The notes beneath the pieces were generated by a model that was given only the letters and a program-made list of their open reading frames with translations, was not told the DNA's origin and made no database searches. The position numbers and the translations under genes were made by a program. Shown piece by piece: positions 19,448 through 28,553 of a stretch of 64,000 nt of DNA. Within the stretch, counting starts at the first letter, position 1. Every line of letters begins with the position of its first letter. Location of the stretch: assembly GCA_963641885.1 (NCBI GenBank), contig CAVIDY010000002.1:18811-82810 (forward strand), in the 5' to 3' direction. The DNA comes from Bacteroidaceae bacterium. Lineage in GTDB: Bacteria; Pseudomonadota; Alphaproteobacteria; RF32; CAG-239.

Positions 19448-19597
19448 ATTTTATCAATTAAATTTTATCAACTTCCGATATTTTTCGGAAGTTTTTTTTA
19501 ATTTTCGGTTAAAAAAGTTATTGACAAAAAGCACAAAAAATAGTATATAGTAAGCACAATTTGATTATTTGAATATTTTTATGTTTTACTAAATACG

Positions 19598-19960
19598 ATG
19601 CATATGAATGGTTATAATGTTTTGGACAAGGATTGCGGGGTTGTTTCTTTAATAAAGTTACCAATTGGTTTATCTTTGTTAGAGAGGCCACAATTGTTGG
19701 ATTATACTCATCCGGCAATCCGAAAAATCATCCCTTGCATCAAGCAAGGTGACAAGTTTACCGATTTGCGTACAAACAAGAGTGTCAAAGTAACGAGAGA
19801 CATTTTGGTTTGGCCTGTTTCTGTCGGAACAGTATTCAATTATCCCGACGGTGAAAGTTTCTTGCTTTCAAGAAGATTTGCAGACGGAAAACTGCTGGTG
19901 CTTAATAAAAATAATTTTACGTTTAATCAGCTGTCTATGGTTGGTTATACCGTAAAGTAA
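19598..19960 (+). CDS. Hypothetical protein (120 aa)
   Basis: ORF preceded by a TTGACA-17-TATATA promoter (19521-19549) and followed by a terminator at 19970-19999. No family recognised. Confidence 0.45.
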   Translation: MHMNGYNVLDKDCGVVSLIKLPIGLSLLERPQLLDYTHPAIRKIIPCIKQGDKFTDLRTNKSVKVTRDILVWPVSVGTVFNYPDGESFLLSRRFADGKLLVLNKNNFTFNQLSMVGYTVK

Positions 19961-19996
19961 ACAAATAAAAAAGTCGTTCTTTTTAGAACGGCTTTT

Positions 19997-20761
19997 TTAT
20001 TTTACAGAATTTAGAGCTTTCCACTCAAACCACTTAGCAATTTTCAAAAAGCGAAAATAAGCGTATGTTGTTGCCATCCAAAATCCGCAAGTTCCATACA
20101 AAAAATAACGCTTTTTAAAATAATATACCAAAAACTGACGCGGAAATTCCGTATACAGGCGCAGACGTGTGTAATTGCGCCCTTCTTTGACGGCAGTTTT
20201 AACCAGCTCATCGGTATACATATTCAGTTTAAACCAAGTTTGAGTTAGAGAAACGTAAGAATAATGAAAAACTTTTGCCTCCATCTGTTCCACAACAGCA
20301 CCTTCGCCAACCACAACTCTATCATGCGTTAAATCATCCGGCATATTGCTTTTTTTACGGTTATACAAACGCACCTGATTATAGGTTTTAGCCAGCCAAC
20401 GCGGCTTTTTATCCCCCGGAAGCATATCGCAGATTTTCATCTTATAAGCGTCCGCAGTCGGATTTTTCATTTTTTCTTTAATCTCGGCAATCAGCTCCGG
20501 CGATAAAACTTCATCAGCATCTAAAGATAACACCCAATCGTTATGGCAAAGCTCTTGTCCATAATGCTTTTGCGCGGAAATATTTTTCCATTTATGAAAC
20601 AAAAACTTAGCCCCGTATTTTTCGGCAATTTTCTGGGTTTTATCTGTGCTTCCGCTGTCTATCACAAAAATTTCATCTGCAACTTTTTTCAGAGCCTGCA
20701 AAGTCTTGCCTAAGCGTTTTTCTTCATTTAATGTAACAATATATGCCGAGATTTTAACCAT
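19997..20761 (-). CDS. Family-2 glycosyltransferase (LPS core biosynthesis type, KdtX/WaaE-like)
   Basis: VTLNEEKRLGKTLQAL...VIDSGSTDKT...LSLDADE are the GT2 DxD motifs. Confidence 0.75.
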   Translation of the reverse strand: MVKISAYIVTLNEEKRLGKTLQALKKVADEIFVIDSGSTDKTQKIAEKYGAKFLFHKWKNISAQKHYGQELCHNDWVLSLDADEVLSPELIAEIKEKMKNPTADAYKMKICDMLPGDKKPRWLAKTYNQVRLYNRKKSNMPDDLTHDRVVVGEGAVVEQMEAKVFHYSYVSLTQTWFKLNMYTDELVKTAVKEGRNYTRLRLYTEFPRQFLVYYFKKRYFLYGTCGFWMATTYAYFRFLKIAKWFEWKALNSVK

Positions 20762-20814
20762 TTATTCTTAACCTTTCGCTTTGCAGATTAGGATATTTTT
20801 GCGTTTCTTGCAAT

Positions 20815-20855
20815 AAAAAAAGCCCCCAACCGCAAAAATTGGGGACTTTTTTGCT
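20815..20855. terminator. Bidirectional terminator downstream of fabI; member of a repeated terminator module also found at 44441-44476
   Basis: gcccccaaccgcaaaaattggggac followed by T6, and T-rich on the other strand too. The element at 44441-44476 shares 30+ nt (cccaaccgcaa...ttgRgga.tttttt.gctga). Confidence 0.6.
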
Positions 20856-20868
20856 GATATATGGCAGT

Positions 20869-21693
20869 TTAAAATTCTTTAAGAACATCTGCGCTTTCAG
20901 CAGCGTTATCAATATTTACCATTGCAATGGTGTTATATCCGCAATCAACGTGCAAAACTTCACCGGTTACGGCAGAGCCCAAATCAGACAACAAACTCAA
21001 AGCCATATTGCCAACTTCGGTCTGATGAACATTGCGCTGCAGCGGAGCGTTTAATTCATTCCAACGCAAAATTGTGCGGAAATCGCCAATTCCGGCAGCG
21101 GCCAAAGTTTTAATCGGGCCAGAAGAAATAGCGTTTACACGAACACCTTGTTTTCCCATATCCACAGCGGCATAGCGAACAGAAGCTTCCAAAGCAGCCT
21201 TAGCCACACCCATAATATTATAGTTTGGCAATACGCGTTCTGAACCCAAGTAAGTCAAAGTCACAATTGAACCGCCTTCATTCATAATTGGAGATGCACA
21301 GCGGCAAGCTTCTAAGAATGAGTAGCAAGAAATATGCATTGTCATTGTAAAGTTATCTAATGTGGTGTCGATTGTGCGACCGCGCAGTTGATCTTTATCC
21401 GAAAAAGCAATAGCGTGAACAACAAAGTCTATTTTTCCCCATTTTTCGCCCAATTCTTTAAAGCAAGCTTCAACTGAAGCAGAATCGGAAACATCGCATT
21501 TAATCAAAAGAGGATTGTTCAGCTGTTCTGCCAAAGGTTTAACTCTTTTTTCCAGCATTTCATTTTGATATGAAATTGCAAGCTGCGCACCATGCGCATT
21601 CAAAGCCTGAGCAATACCCCAAGCAATAGATTTGTCATTGGCAAGACCCATAATCAGACCTTTTTTACCGGTCATAAGTTGTTCAATAGCCAT
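20869..21693 (-). CDS. fabI: Enoyl-[acyl-carrier-protein] reductase (NADH), FabI
   Basis: GKKGLIMGLANDKSIAWGIA...; the Y-x6-K catalytic region and an SDR fold of FabI length. Confidence 0.9.
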   Translation of the reverse strand: MAIEQLMTGKKGLIMGLANDKSIAWGIAQALNAHGAQLAISYQNEMLEKRVKPLAEQLNNPLLIKCDVSDSASVEACFKELGEKWGKIDFVVHAIAFSDKDQLRGRTIDTTLDNFTMTMHISCYSFLEACRCASPIMNEGGSIVTLTYLGSERVLPNYNIMGVAKAALEASVRYAAVDMGKQGVRVNAISSGPIKTLAAAGIGDFRTILRWNELNAPLQRNVHQTEVGNMALSLLSDLGSAVTGEVLHVDCGYNTIAMVNIDNAAESADVLKEF

Positions 21694-21809
21694 TTTCTAG
21701 TTCCTTCATAAATTTTGTTCTAGACTACTCCCCTTTTTGGAAGTAAGTTACTGTAGAGATACTTATACAAATTTATCCGTTTTGTAAACATTTTTTTGAA
21801 AGTTGTAAA

Positions 21810-22661
21810 ATGGCGAAGCAATTTGACACTGCAAAATTTGGCAAACTCTGCCGATTATTTTTTAAATATCTGCGCTGGCGCACTAAAGACGCCATGGTTC
21901 TGCGCGTTGCCGCCTCGCTCAGCTACACCACATTGATTGCCGTGGTGCCGCTGATTGCCGTCGCATTGGCGATTTTTGCCGCTTTTCCGGTGTTTGAAGA
22001 CGTGCGGGCGCAGGTGCAAGACTCGCTTATTCAATATTTTGTACCCAACATCGAACAAAACATTCAAAATTATATAATGCAATTTGTTTCCGCCTCCAGC
22101 AAACTCACCACCATCGGCGTTTTAGGTATTGCCATCACGGCGATTTTGCTGCTGTTTACCATTGAAAACAGTTTTAATTTTATTTTTAAGGTCAAAAAAC
22201 ACCGCCGCTTAGCCACCAAAATCACACTCTATTGGACAATCATCACGCTTTGCCCGCTTTTGGTCGGCACGGCTCTTTCGCTTAAAGGCTATTTGCTGAC
22301 GCTTAAATATTTTCACCCCGAGCACTTTTTAGGCTATAACTTTTTTGTAACTTTTATTGTGCCAAACTCTATAACTTTTGTTTTTTTATGGCTTTCGTAT
22401 GTGATTGTTCCAAATAAAAAAATACGTCTTTCCAGCGCATTTGCCGGCGCTTGCGTAACTTTGATTTTAACCCTGCTATTACGCTTTGGCTTTGGCTATT
22501 TTTTGGTGCTGAACGTTACCTACCGCACGCTTTACGGCGCGCTTGCCACCGTTCCTATTTTGCTGGTTTGGATGTATTCATGGTGGACAATTGTTTTGTT
22601 CGGTGCTGTGGTTACCGCCACCATTGAAGAGTTCCGCAACCGTAAAAAACTATGGAAATAG
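21810..22661 (+). CDS. YihY/BrkB-family inner-membrane protein
   Basis: LAASLSYTTLIAVVPLIAVALAIFAAFP is the typical family N-terminus, with 6 TM helices. Confidence 0.8.
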   Translation: MAKQFDTAKFGKLCRLFFKYLRWRTKDAMVLRVAASLSYTTLIAVVPLIAVALAIFAAFPVFEDVRAQVQDSLIQYFVPNIEQNIQNYIMQFVSASSKLTTIGVLGIAITAILLLFTIENSFNFIFKVKKHRRLATKITLYWTIITLCPLLVGTALSLKGYLLTLKYFHPEHFLGYNFFVTFIVPNSITFVFLWLSYVIVPNKKIRLSSAFAGACVTLILTLLLRFGFGYFLVLNVTYRTLYGALATVPILLVWMYSWWTIVLFGAVVTATIEEFRNRKKLWK

Positions 22662-22663
22662 AC

Positions 22664-23482
22664 TTAACGCAGATATTGATGATTTTGCAAGAAATCAGCG
22701 AATCGGCTTAGAAACTGCGTTTTAAACTGTTCATCAACACACAGCCACTTAAACAAATCCAGCAGACGCGGTGTAACATTCAATTTTGCACAAAAATCAA
22801 TAGCATATTGATAGTTTATATCATAATACCATGTCAGATAGCCGACAATTCGGTCGGCGACAGTTTCTTCAACTCCGCGCGGCAAAGTAGCATATTGGTC
22901 AATCAAATTCCAAACAGACTTAGAAATATGCCCGTCAATTTCCGGTTCTACATCTTTTTTGCCATAAAACAAATAGCGCATCTGCGGCTCAAAAGCAAAC
23001 ATACGCAAATTAGCGATTTTATCAGCGTCGCGGATAATAAAGCAAATGCGTGCAACTTCTTGTTTAAGCTCTGCAGCGGCAATATTTTTATATTCGTCGT
23101 CAGCATACAAAGCTTCTATCAAATGCCCGTGATGTTTTATCGGCAGCCAAATACGAATATCCGAAAACTCCGGCACAGTGCGCAAAAATTCACCGCCAGC
23201 GATTCCGTGATCTATCTGTCGATTATGCAGACATCTTTCCTCTATCTCGGCGAATCGGCAAATATCATGCAAAAGCACTGCAGATTTTACCATATCCACA
23301 TAGGCAGAATCTTTGCTTTTCAGCCATTCCACGCGCGGAACAATGTAGTTGCCCGCCCCCATAACCTGATAGGAATGACGGATTTTTTCTTTGGTATAGC
23401 CCACAAAAAATTCGTCGTGAGCCACTTTTTGCAAACATTCTTCCGATTTTTCTTTCAGCAGCTGATAAGCATCTTCCAACAT
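22664..23482 (-). CDS. HD-domain phosphohydrolase-family protein
   Basis: H...LLHDICR motif. The start is moved to MLEDAYQ (GGAGA Shine-Dalgarno). The ORF-track N-terminal extension would run across the recA promoter. Confidence 0.65.
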   Translation of the reverse strand: MLEDAYQLLKEKSEECLQKVAHDEFFVGYTKEKIRHSYQVMGAGNYIVPRVEWLKSKDSAYVDMVKSAVLLHDICRFAEIEERCLHNRQIDHGIAGGEFLRTVPEFSDIRIWLPIKHHGHLIEALYADDEYKNIAAAELKQEVARICFIIRDADKIANLRMFAFEPQMRYLFYGKKDVEPEIDGHISKSVWNLIDQYATLPRGVEETVADRIVGYLTWYYDINYQYAIDFCAKLNVTPRLLDLFKWLCVDEQFKTQFLSRFADFLQNHQYLR

Positions 23483-23578
23483 GGTATTTCTCCTTTGCTT
23501 TTTACTTAGCACTTTTTTCCGGTGCAGTATAATTTTTAAATAATTATTCACAAATTTATAATAAAGTGCTTGCCATAA

Positions 23579-23593
23579 GAACAAAATTAGAAC
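23579..23593. promoter_or_regulatory. Candidate alphaproteobacterial-type LexA (SOS) box GAAC-N7-GAAC upstream of recA
   Basis: gaacaaaattagaac lies 95 bp upstream of the recA ATG and ahead of a TTGAGT-17-GATAAA promoter. It matches the GTTC-N7-GTTC direct-repeat SOS box of Alphaproteobacteria. Confidence 0.5.
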
Positions 23594-23688
23594 AATATAC
23601 ATTTCAGCGGATAAATTCAGACTCGTGTTGAGTTTTTGCTGAAAATGCGGGATAAAGAATTTAGGATAATTTTTTAAGGATAACAAAC

Positions 23689-24714
23689 ATGGAAAAAGAT
23701 AAAGCGTTAGACGCCGCCCTAAGCCAAATTGAACGCGCGTTCGGCAAAGGTTCTATTATGCGCCTCGGGCAGAATACCAACATTGATATCGAGGCGATTC
23801 CTACCGGTTCGTTGGGCATTGATATTGCTTTGGGAATCGGTGGTTTGCCAAAGGGTCGTATTATTGAAATATATGGTCCGGAGAGCTCCGGTAAAACCAC
23901 ATTGGCTTTAAGCGTAATCGCCCAAGCGCAAAAACGCAACGGCACTTGCGCTTTTATCGATGCAGAGCACGCTCTTGACCCGTCATATGCTAAAAAAATC
24001 GGCGTGGATATTGAGAACTTGCTGGTTTCACAGCCGGATTCCGGCGAACAGGCTTTGGAAATCGCCGACACTTTGGTGCGTTCCGGCGCAATTGATGTGA
24101 TGGTTGTCGACTCGGTTGCCGCTTTGGTACCAAAGGCAGAATTGGAAGGCGAAATGGGCGATGCGCACATGGGCTTGCAGGCTCGCTTGATGAGTCAGGC
24201 TTTGCGTAAACTGACCGCCACGGTTGCCCGCTCCAACACTTTGATTATCTTCATTAACCAAATTCGTATGAAACTGGGCGTTATGTTCGGCAATCCGGAA
24301 ACCACAACTGGCGGTAACGCCTTAAAATTCTACGCTTCTGTGCGTATGGACATTCGCCGCGTGGGCGCAATTAAAGATAAAGATGAAGTTATCGGTTCGC
24401 AAACCCGCGTGAAGATTGTGAAAAACAAAGTCGCTCCTCCGTTTAAGACTGTGGACTTTGACATTATGTACGGCGAAGGAATTTCCAAAACCGGCGAACT
24501 AATTGATTTGGGTGTAAAATCCGGAATTATTGAAAAAGCCGGCGCGTGGTTCTCGTATAACGGCGACAAAATCGGTCAAGGACGTGAAAACGCCAAAAGA
24601 TATTTAATGGAGAATCCAGCTATTGCCGAAGAAATCGAAAACAAAATCCGTGCTGATGCCGGTCACCTGACAACAGAAATGATTGGCGAAGACGAGCCGG
24701 AAACCGAAGACTGA
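23689..24714 (+). CDS. recA: Recombinase RecA
   Basis: GPESSGKTT Walker A and full-length canonical RecA. Confidence 0.98.
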   Translation: MEKDKALDAALSQIERAFGKGSIMRLGQNTNIDIEAIPTGSLGIDIALGIGGLPKGRIIEIYGPESSGKTTLALSVIAQAQKRNGTCAFIDAEHALDPSYAKKIGVDIENLLVSQPDSGEQALEIADTLVRSGAIDVMVVDSVAALVPKAELEGEMGDAHMGLQARLMSQALRKLTATVARSNTLIIFINQIRMKLGVMFGNPETTTGGNALKFYASVRMDIRRVGAIKDKDEVIGSQTRVKIVKNKVAPPFKTVDFDIMYGEGISKTGELIDLGVKSGIIEKAGAWFSYNGDKIGQGRENAKRYLMENPAIAEEIENKIRADAGHLTTEMIGEDEPETED

Positions 24715-24743
24715 TTTTGTTTTATAACTATCTCCAATGTTTT

Positions 24744-24772
24744 AAGCCCTGCTTTTCAGCAGGGCTTTTTTA
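24744..24772 (+). terminator. Terminator after recA
   Basis: aagccctgcttttcagcagggctt followed by T6. Confidence 0.7.
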
Positions 24773-24787
24773 TTGCTTACTTCATTG

Positions 24788-24811
24788 CGAATCGGAGATG
24801 CGGAAATCTAA
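24788..24811 (+). repeat. Copy 1 of an approximately 23-bp direct repeat, CGAATCGGAGATGCGGAAATCTA
   Basis: Related copies lie at 26127-26150 (cgaatcaggaatgcggaaattta) and 26610-26626 (cgaatcggaga-aattca, with a 6-bp deletion). Confidence 0.7.
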
Positions 24812-25095
24812 CTAAAAAACAGGCCTTTTCCCTCAGGTCTGCAAACAGCCTTCTCACAGACTCAAAATCCAGGCAGTTTACACACAGCTATCCTTGCGCT
24901 ACTTGTAATTCTTTGAATGTAGTGATAACATTATAAAAAAATTTAGTAAATTGAAATCTGACGAAGTATTGCAATGACATTTCAAGACTTATTCAACAAA
25001 TTCTTCTCAAAGGGCAAGCCCTATTGATATTTCTTTCATAATCCAAAAATCAATCACTAAATGAATAACTAAAATGGACGAAAGGAATAACTAAA

Positions 25096-25950
25096 ATGAA
25101 ATATGTGACCCTTAATAACGGTATCCAGATGCCGATGGTAGGCTACGGAGTCTTTGAAATCCCTGCGGAGCAGACCGCAGGATGTGTGTTTGATGCGCTG
25201 GAAACTGGCTATCGCCTGATTGACACCGCACAGGCATACTACAACGAAAAAGAAGTTGGTGACGGTATCCAGCGCGCCATAAAGGAACATGGTATTTGCC
25301 GGGAAGATATTTTCCTTACCACCAAAGTCTGGGTGACGGAGTTCGGCTATGAAAAGGCTAAGACTTCTGTTGAAAAATCCCTCCGAAAGCTCCAGACTGA
25401 TTATCTCGACCTTGTGCTGATTCATCAATGCTTGTCTGACTATTATGGCGCTTACCGAGCACTGGAGGACTTATATGATGAAGGCAAGATCAGAGCCATC
25501 GGTATCTCTAATTTCAGCGCAGAGCGCATGGCAGATATTGCAACCTTTAACCGTGTTGTCCCGGCAGTCAATCAGGTAGAAACACACCTATTCTGGCAGC
25601 AATATGATCTGCATGAGTGGATGGTAAAGTACAATATTCAGCATGAGGCGTGGGGGCCTCTTGCTCAGCATAGACTGAAAGAAATTCTCGAAAGCCCCAT
25701 TGTAAAGCAAATTGCAGATACCCACGGAAAAACGTCTGCACAGGTCGCTCTCCGGCAGCACATTCAGCGTGGCATTGTCGTAATCCCCAAGAGCGTGCAT
25801 AAGGAGCGCATGAAACAGAATCTGGATATTTTTGATTTTGAACTGACTACCGATGAAATGGAACAGCTAAAAGCGCTGGATGAAAACAAATCCATGTGGG
25901 CCGAATATGATGATCCAATGATCGTCCAGTTCGCAATGATGGATGAATAA
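25096..25950 (+). CDS. Aldo/keto reductase (2,5-diketo-D-gluconate reductase-like, AKR superfamily)
   Basis: GYGVFEIP...LIDTAQAYYNEKEVG...IGISNF are AKR catalytic-tetrad motifs. AAGGA Shine-Dalgarno. Confidence 0.85.
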   Translation: MKYVTLNNGIQMPMVGYGVFEIPAEQTAGCVFDALETGYRLIDTAQAYYNEKEVGDGIQRAIKEHGICREDIFLTTKVWVTEFGYEKAKTSVEKSLRKLQTDYLDLVLIHQCLSDYYGAYRALEDLYDEGKIRAIGISNFSAERMADIATFNRVVPAVNQVETHLFWQQYDLHEWMVKYNIQHEAWGPLAQHRLKEILESPIVKQIADTHGKTSAQVALRQHIQRGIVVIPKSVHKERMKQNLDIFDFELTTDEMEQLKALDENKSMWAEYDDPMIVQFAMMDE

Positions 25951-26146
25951 ATTCCGATTTATCTAATAGTTTGCAAAAGCCAAAAGCAGGAGTACAGCCA
26001 ACCGGACAAACTGAAAAACTGTGCTCCCGTTTTGCATATTCATGAGCTTTTTCCAGCTCTTCACCGTGTCTGCCAATAATGTCTGATTTTAAATTAAAAA
26101 CGACCACTAAAAGTCAAGTCTAAAAACGAATCAGGAATGCGGAAAT

Positions 26147-26536
26147 TTATGACTGTTTCTTAAAATTTTTATAAATCGCATAAACTAAAGAAATGATTAG
26201 CAAGATACTTGTGCCATAATCAAAAATTGAAAGTACTTTCTCTATGGCCTCATCTTGATAATCAATAAAATAACCTGAAGCGATAAAACCGGCTGTAAAA
26301 ATTATAAAAATGTAGGGATACCAGCCAATAGAACTTAAACAACTTGAGATTTTAGGATAACCGGCAATAATACGTTCTAGAAATCTAAGTTTTTTCTTAA
26401 AGCACAGCATTATTGCTAAGCCTATAAACAGCAACAGCAAAATTCCGCTGATTGTTTCATTTAAATAAGTGAAAGGAATAGCTAAAACAGTATATAATCC
26501 GCCTAAAAGCATAGCTTCTTTAGAATACAATTTCAT
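26147..26536 (-). CDS. Hypothetical small membrane protein (129 aa, 4 TM)
   Basis: AAGGAG Shine-Dalgarno before MKLYSKEAML. Its 3' end abuts direct-repeat copy 2. Confidence 0.5.
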   Translation of the reverse strand: MKLYSKEAMLLGGLYTVLAIPFTYLNETISGILLLLFIGLAIMLCFKKKLRFLERIIAGYPKISSCLSSIGWYPYIFIIFTAGFIASGYFIDYQDEAIEKVLSIFDYGTSILLIISLVYAIYKNFKKQS

Positions 26537-26737
26537 TTTTACTCCTTTCACTTTTTAGTTATATTATTACAAAAACATCACATTATGCAATTATTTTATT
26601 AGCACAAAACGAATCGGAGAAATTCAATAAAACTTTAAGCCAACATTGCAAGTTGCTTCATTGCCGCAATCGCACCACTCTACTGCGGTTGTTTTTGATA
26701 AAAGAAAAAGCCTTGGCTAAAACCAAGGCTTTTGAAG

Positions 26738-26813
26738 TGGTGGTCGGGGACGGTTTCGAACCGCCGACACAAGGATTTTCAGTCCTTTGCTCTACCAGCT
26801 GAGCTACCCGACC
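26738..26813 (-). tRNA. tRNA-Phe (anticodon GAA)
   Basis: The reverse complement GGTCGGG-TA-GCTC-AGCTGGTA-GAGC-A-AAGGA-CTGAAAA-TCCTT-GTGTC-GGCGG-TTCGAAA-CCGTC-CCCGACC-A-CCA folds as a cloverleaf. A terminator hairpin lies at 26708-26735. Confidence 0.85.
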
Positions 26814-26918
26814 ATCGTTTACGAGACACTTTATAAAATAGTTTTTTCCAAAAGTCTACATATTTTTTTATAAATGTGCATTTTTTTTATATCTTTAGGT
26901 CGGAAGCGCCATTTTTTT

Positions 26919-27107
26919 CTAGTTCAACACTCGTTTTTCCAGCGCGTCTACTCTTGCTGCAATACCACCGCGGAACACTGTCTGAATTTCTGTAGCCATT
27001 TTATATTCATTAAAATAACCATGACTGCGGAAATAGTTTTTCACTTCTTCAAGATTATCTTCTATGTCATAAATTGCATTGATGTAAGCAAATTGTTTTT
27101 GATTCAT
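26919..27107 (-). CDS. Hypothetical small protein (62 aa)
   Basis: AGGAG Shine-Dalgarno 8 nt upstream. Co-oriented with the next small gene and divergent from the LysR gene. Confidence 0.5.
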   Translation of the reverse strand: MNQKQFAYINAIYDIEDNLEEVKNYFRSHGYFNEYKMATEIQTVFRGGIAARVDALEKRVLN

Positions 27108-27127
27108 TTTTCGGTTCTCCTAAAAAA

Positions 27128-27289
27128 TCAGCGACAGCTATTACGGCAAACATCAAATTCGCAATTCAAAATGCGCAGTTTGTTAAGTTCGTTTTCGTGA
27201 TTAAATTTCAAAAAGCTGGCTTCCAGCATTTGCAATGATTGATAAATGCGGTTAGGCATTATAGCTGTTCGGTTCTTTTCTAAATTCAT
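27128..27289 (-). CDS. Hypothetical small protein (53 aa)
   Basis: GGAGG Shine-Dalgarno immediately upstream of MNLEKN. The ORF-track N-terminal extension lacks a Shine-Dalgarno. Confidence 0.4.
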   Translation of the reverse strand: MNLEKNRTAIMPNRIYQSLQMLEASFLKFNHENELNKLRILNCEFDVCRNSCR

Positions 27290-27467
27290 AATATCCTCCT
27301 TCATTTTTCTGTGGATAAAATAAGAATAATAAATTTTCCACAAAACAGAAGACCAAAAAAATATATGTCTGAATTATAAAAAGGGGCTATTGACTCTGTT
27401 TATAAGAGTAATTATTATATAAGTATAGAGTTTAATTCTAGGAATAATTGTGAGCGAGGATAACTAA

Positions 27468-28430
27468 GTGTCTGTTAGAAGCGACATTTTATTATTTAAG
27501 CTGTTATCTCATTATGAACTGGTAGTTGAACACGGTCAGCTTAAAAGCGCCGCTGAAGAATTAGGTTTGAAACAATCTAATCTATCAAAAGAAATGAAGC
27601 TACTGGAAGAGATGTTGGGAACCGAGCTTTTAGTGCGCACCAGTCATGGTGTGCGTTTAACGCTGACCGGAGAACAAGTATTTACCCTTGCTAAAGATTG
27701 CACCAGCCGTGTGGCAGAATTAGCCAACCGTTTCCACGGCGAAATTCAAAACGCCTGCATCACCCTGCAAGCCACATCGGCAACCATGGTGTCTTTTCAT
27801 AAATATCTTGATTTGTTTAAACAAATTTACCCTTCCGTCACCTGTAATTTTTATGACGGAGTTATATCTATTCCCAGCATGCTGAAAAGCGTGGACGTCT
27901 GCGCTACCTATTTGCAAAACAAATGGCAGAATGTTGATGTTATATGCGAAGGCAAAATAGTTTTCTCGCTTATCACCACGCAAAAATATTTGGACATATA
28001 TGGTTATCCCCGTGACTTAGACGACTTACGGCAAAACCACCATCTTTGCCTGTGTGAAGAATATTCGCGCTATAATCCGCAATATGACGACCTAATGGCA
28101 AACTGCCGACACTTGGATTTTCAGGTTTCAAACTTTGACATGATGCTTTCAATGATACGGCGCAAATGTCTGATTGGCGAAATGCCGGCGTATATGACCC
28201 GCGTTTTTCCAGAGCTTATAAAAATAGACGTACCGGGGTGGCAACTGAAAATGCCTATACAAATTATTACCGCCAGCGGCAGAAGCAAAATACCTTATGT
28301 CCACACTATGTGCAGCTTTATGATTGAATTATACCGTGAAGTGGTACGCGCCGGCGGTATTGAAGATTTGGTCATTTATCCGTCATATACCAAGAATAAA
28401 AATTTAATTCCGTTAAAACTTGAAAAATAG
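27468..28430 (+). CDS. LysR-family transcriptional regulator
   Basis: N-terminal HTH (YELVVEHGQLKSAAEELGLKQSNLSKEMKLLEEMLGTELLVR) and a LysR substrate-binding-length C-terminus. GTG start. Confidence 0.8.
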   Translation: MSVRSDILLFKLLSHYELVVEHGQLKSAAEELGLKQSNLSKEMKLLEEMLGTELLVRTSHGVRLTLTGEQVFTLAKDCTSRVAELANRFHGEIQNACITLQATSATMVSFHKYLDLFKQIYPSVTCNFYDGVISIPSMLKSVDVCATYLQNKWQNVDVICEGKIVFSLITTQKYLDIYGYPRDLDDLRQNHHLCLCEEYSRYNPQYDDLMANCRHLDFQVSNFDMMLSMIRRKCLIGEMPAYMTRVFPELIKIDVPGWQLKMPIQIITASGRSKIPYVHTMCSFMIELYREVVRAGGIEDLVIYPSYTKNKNLIPLKLEK

Positions 28431-28553
28431 CAATTTTTGCCTGTTTTTACACAATTTTTGTATAAAAATGAGCGAAAATTGCATATTTTTGTTGTTTTTT
28501 ATGCAAAATCAGAATATAGGAATAGCAGGTTAATTTTTAGAAAAGGAATAAAT

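Noticed and set aside
23483-23686. N-terminal 68-aa extension of the HD-domain ORF (start at 23686) and the ORF 23661-24170(-) antisense to recA
   Set aside because: The extension would run through the recA promoter and SOS box. An internal ATG at 23482 has a GGAGA Shine-Dalgarno and begins the conserved part. The other ORF is antisense to recA.
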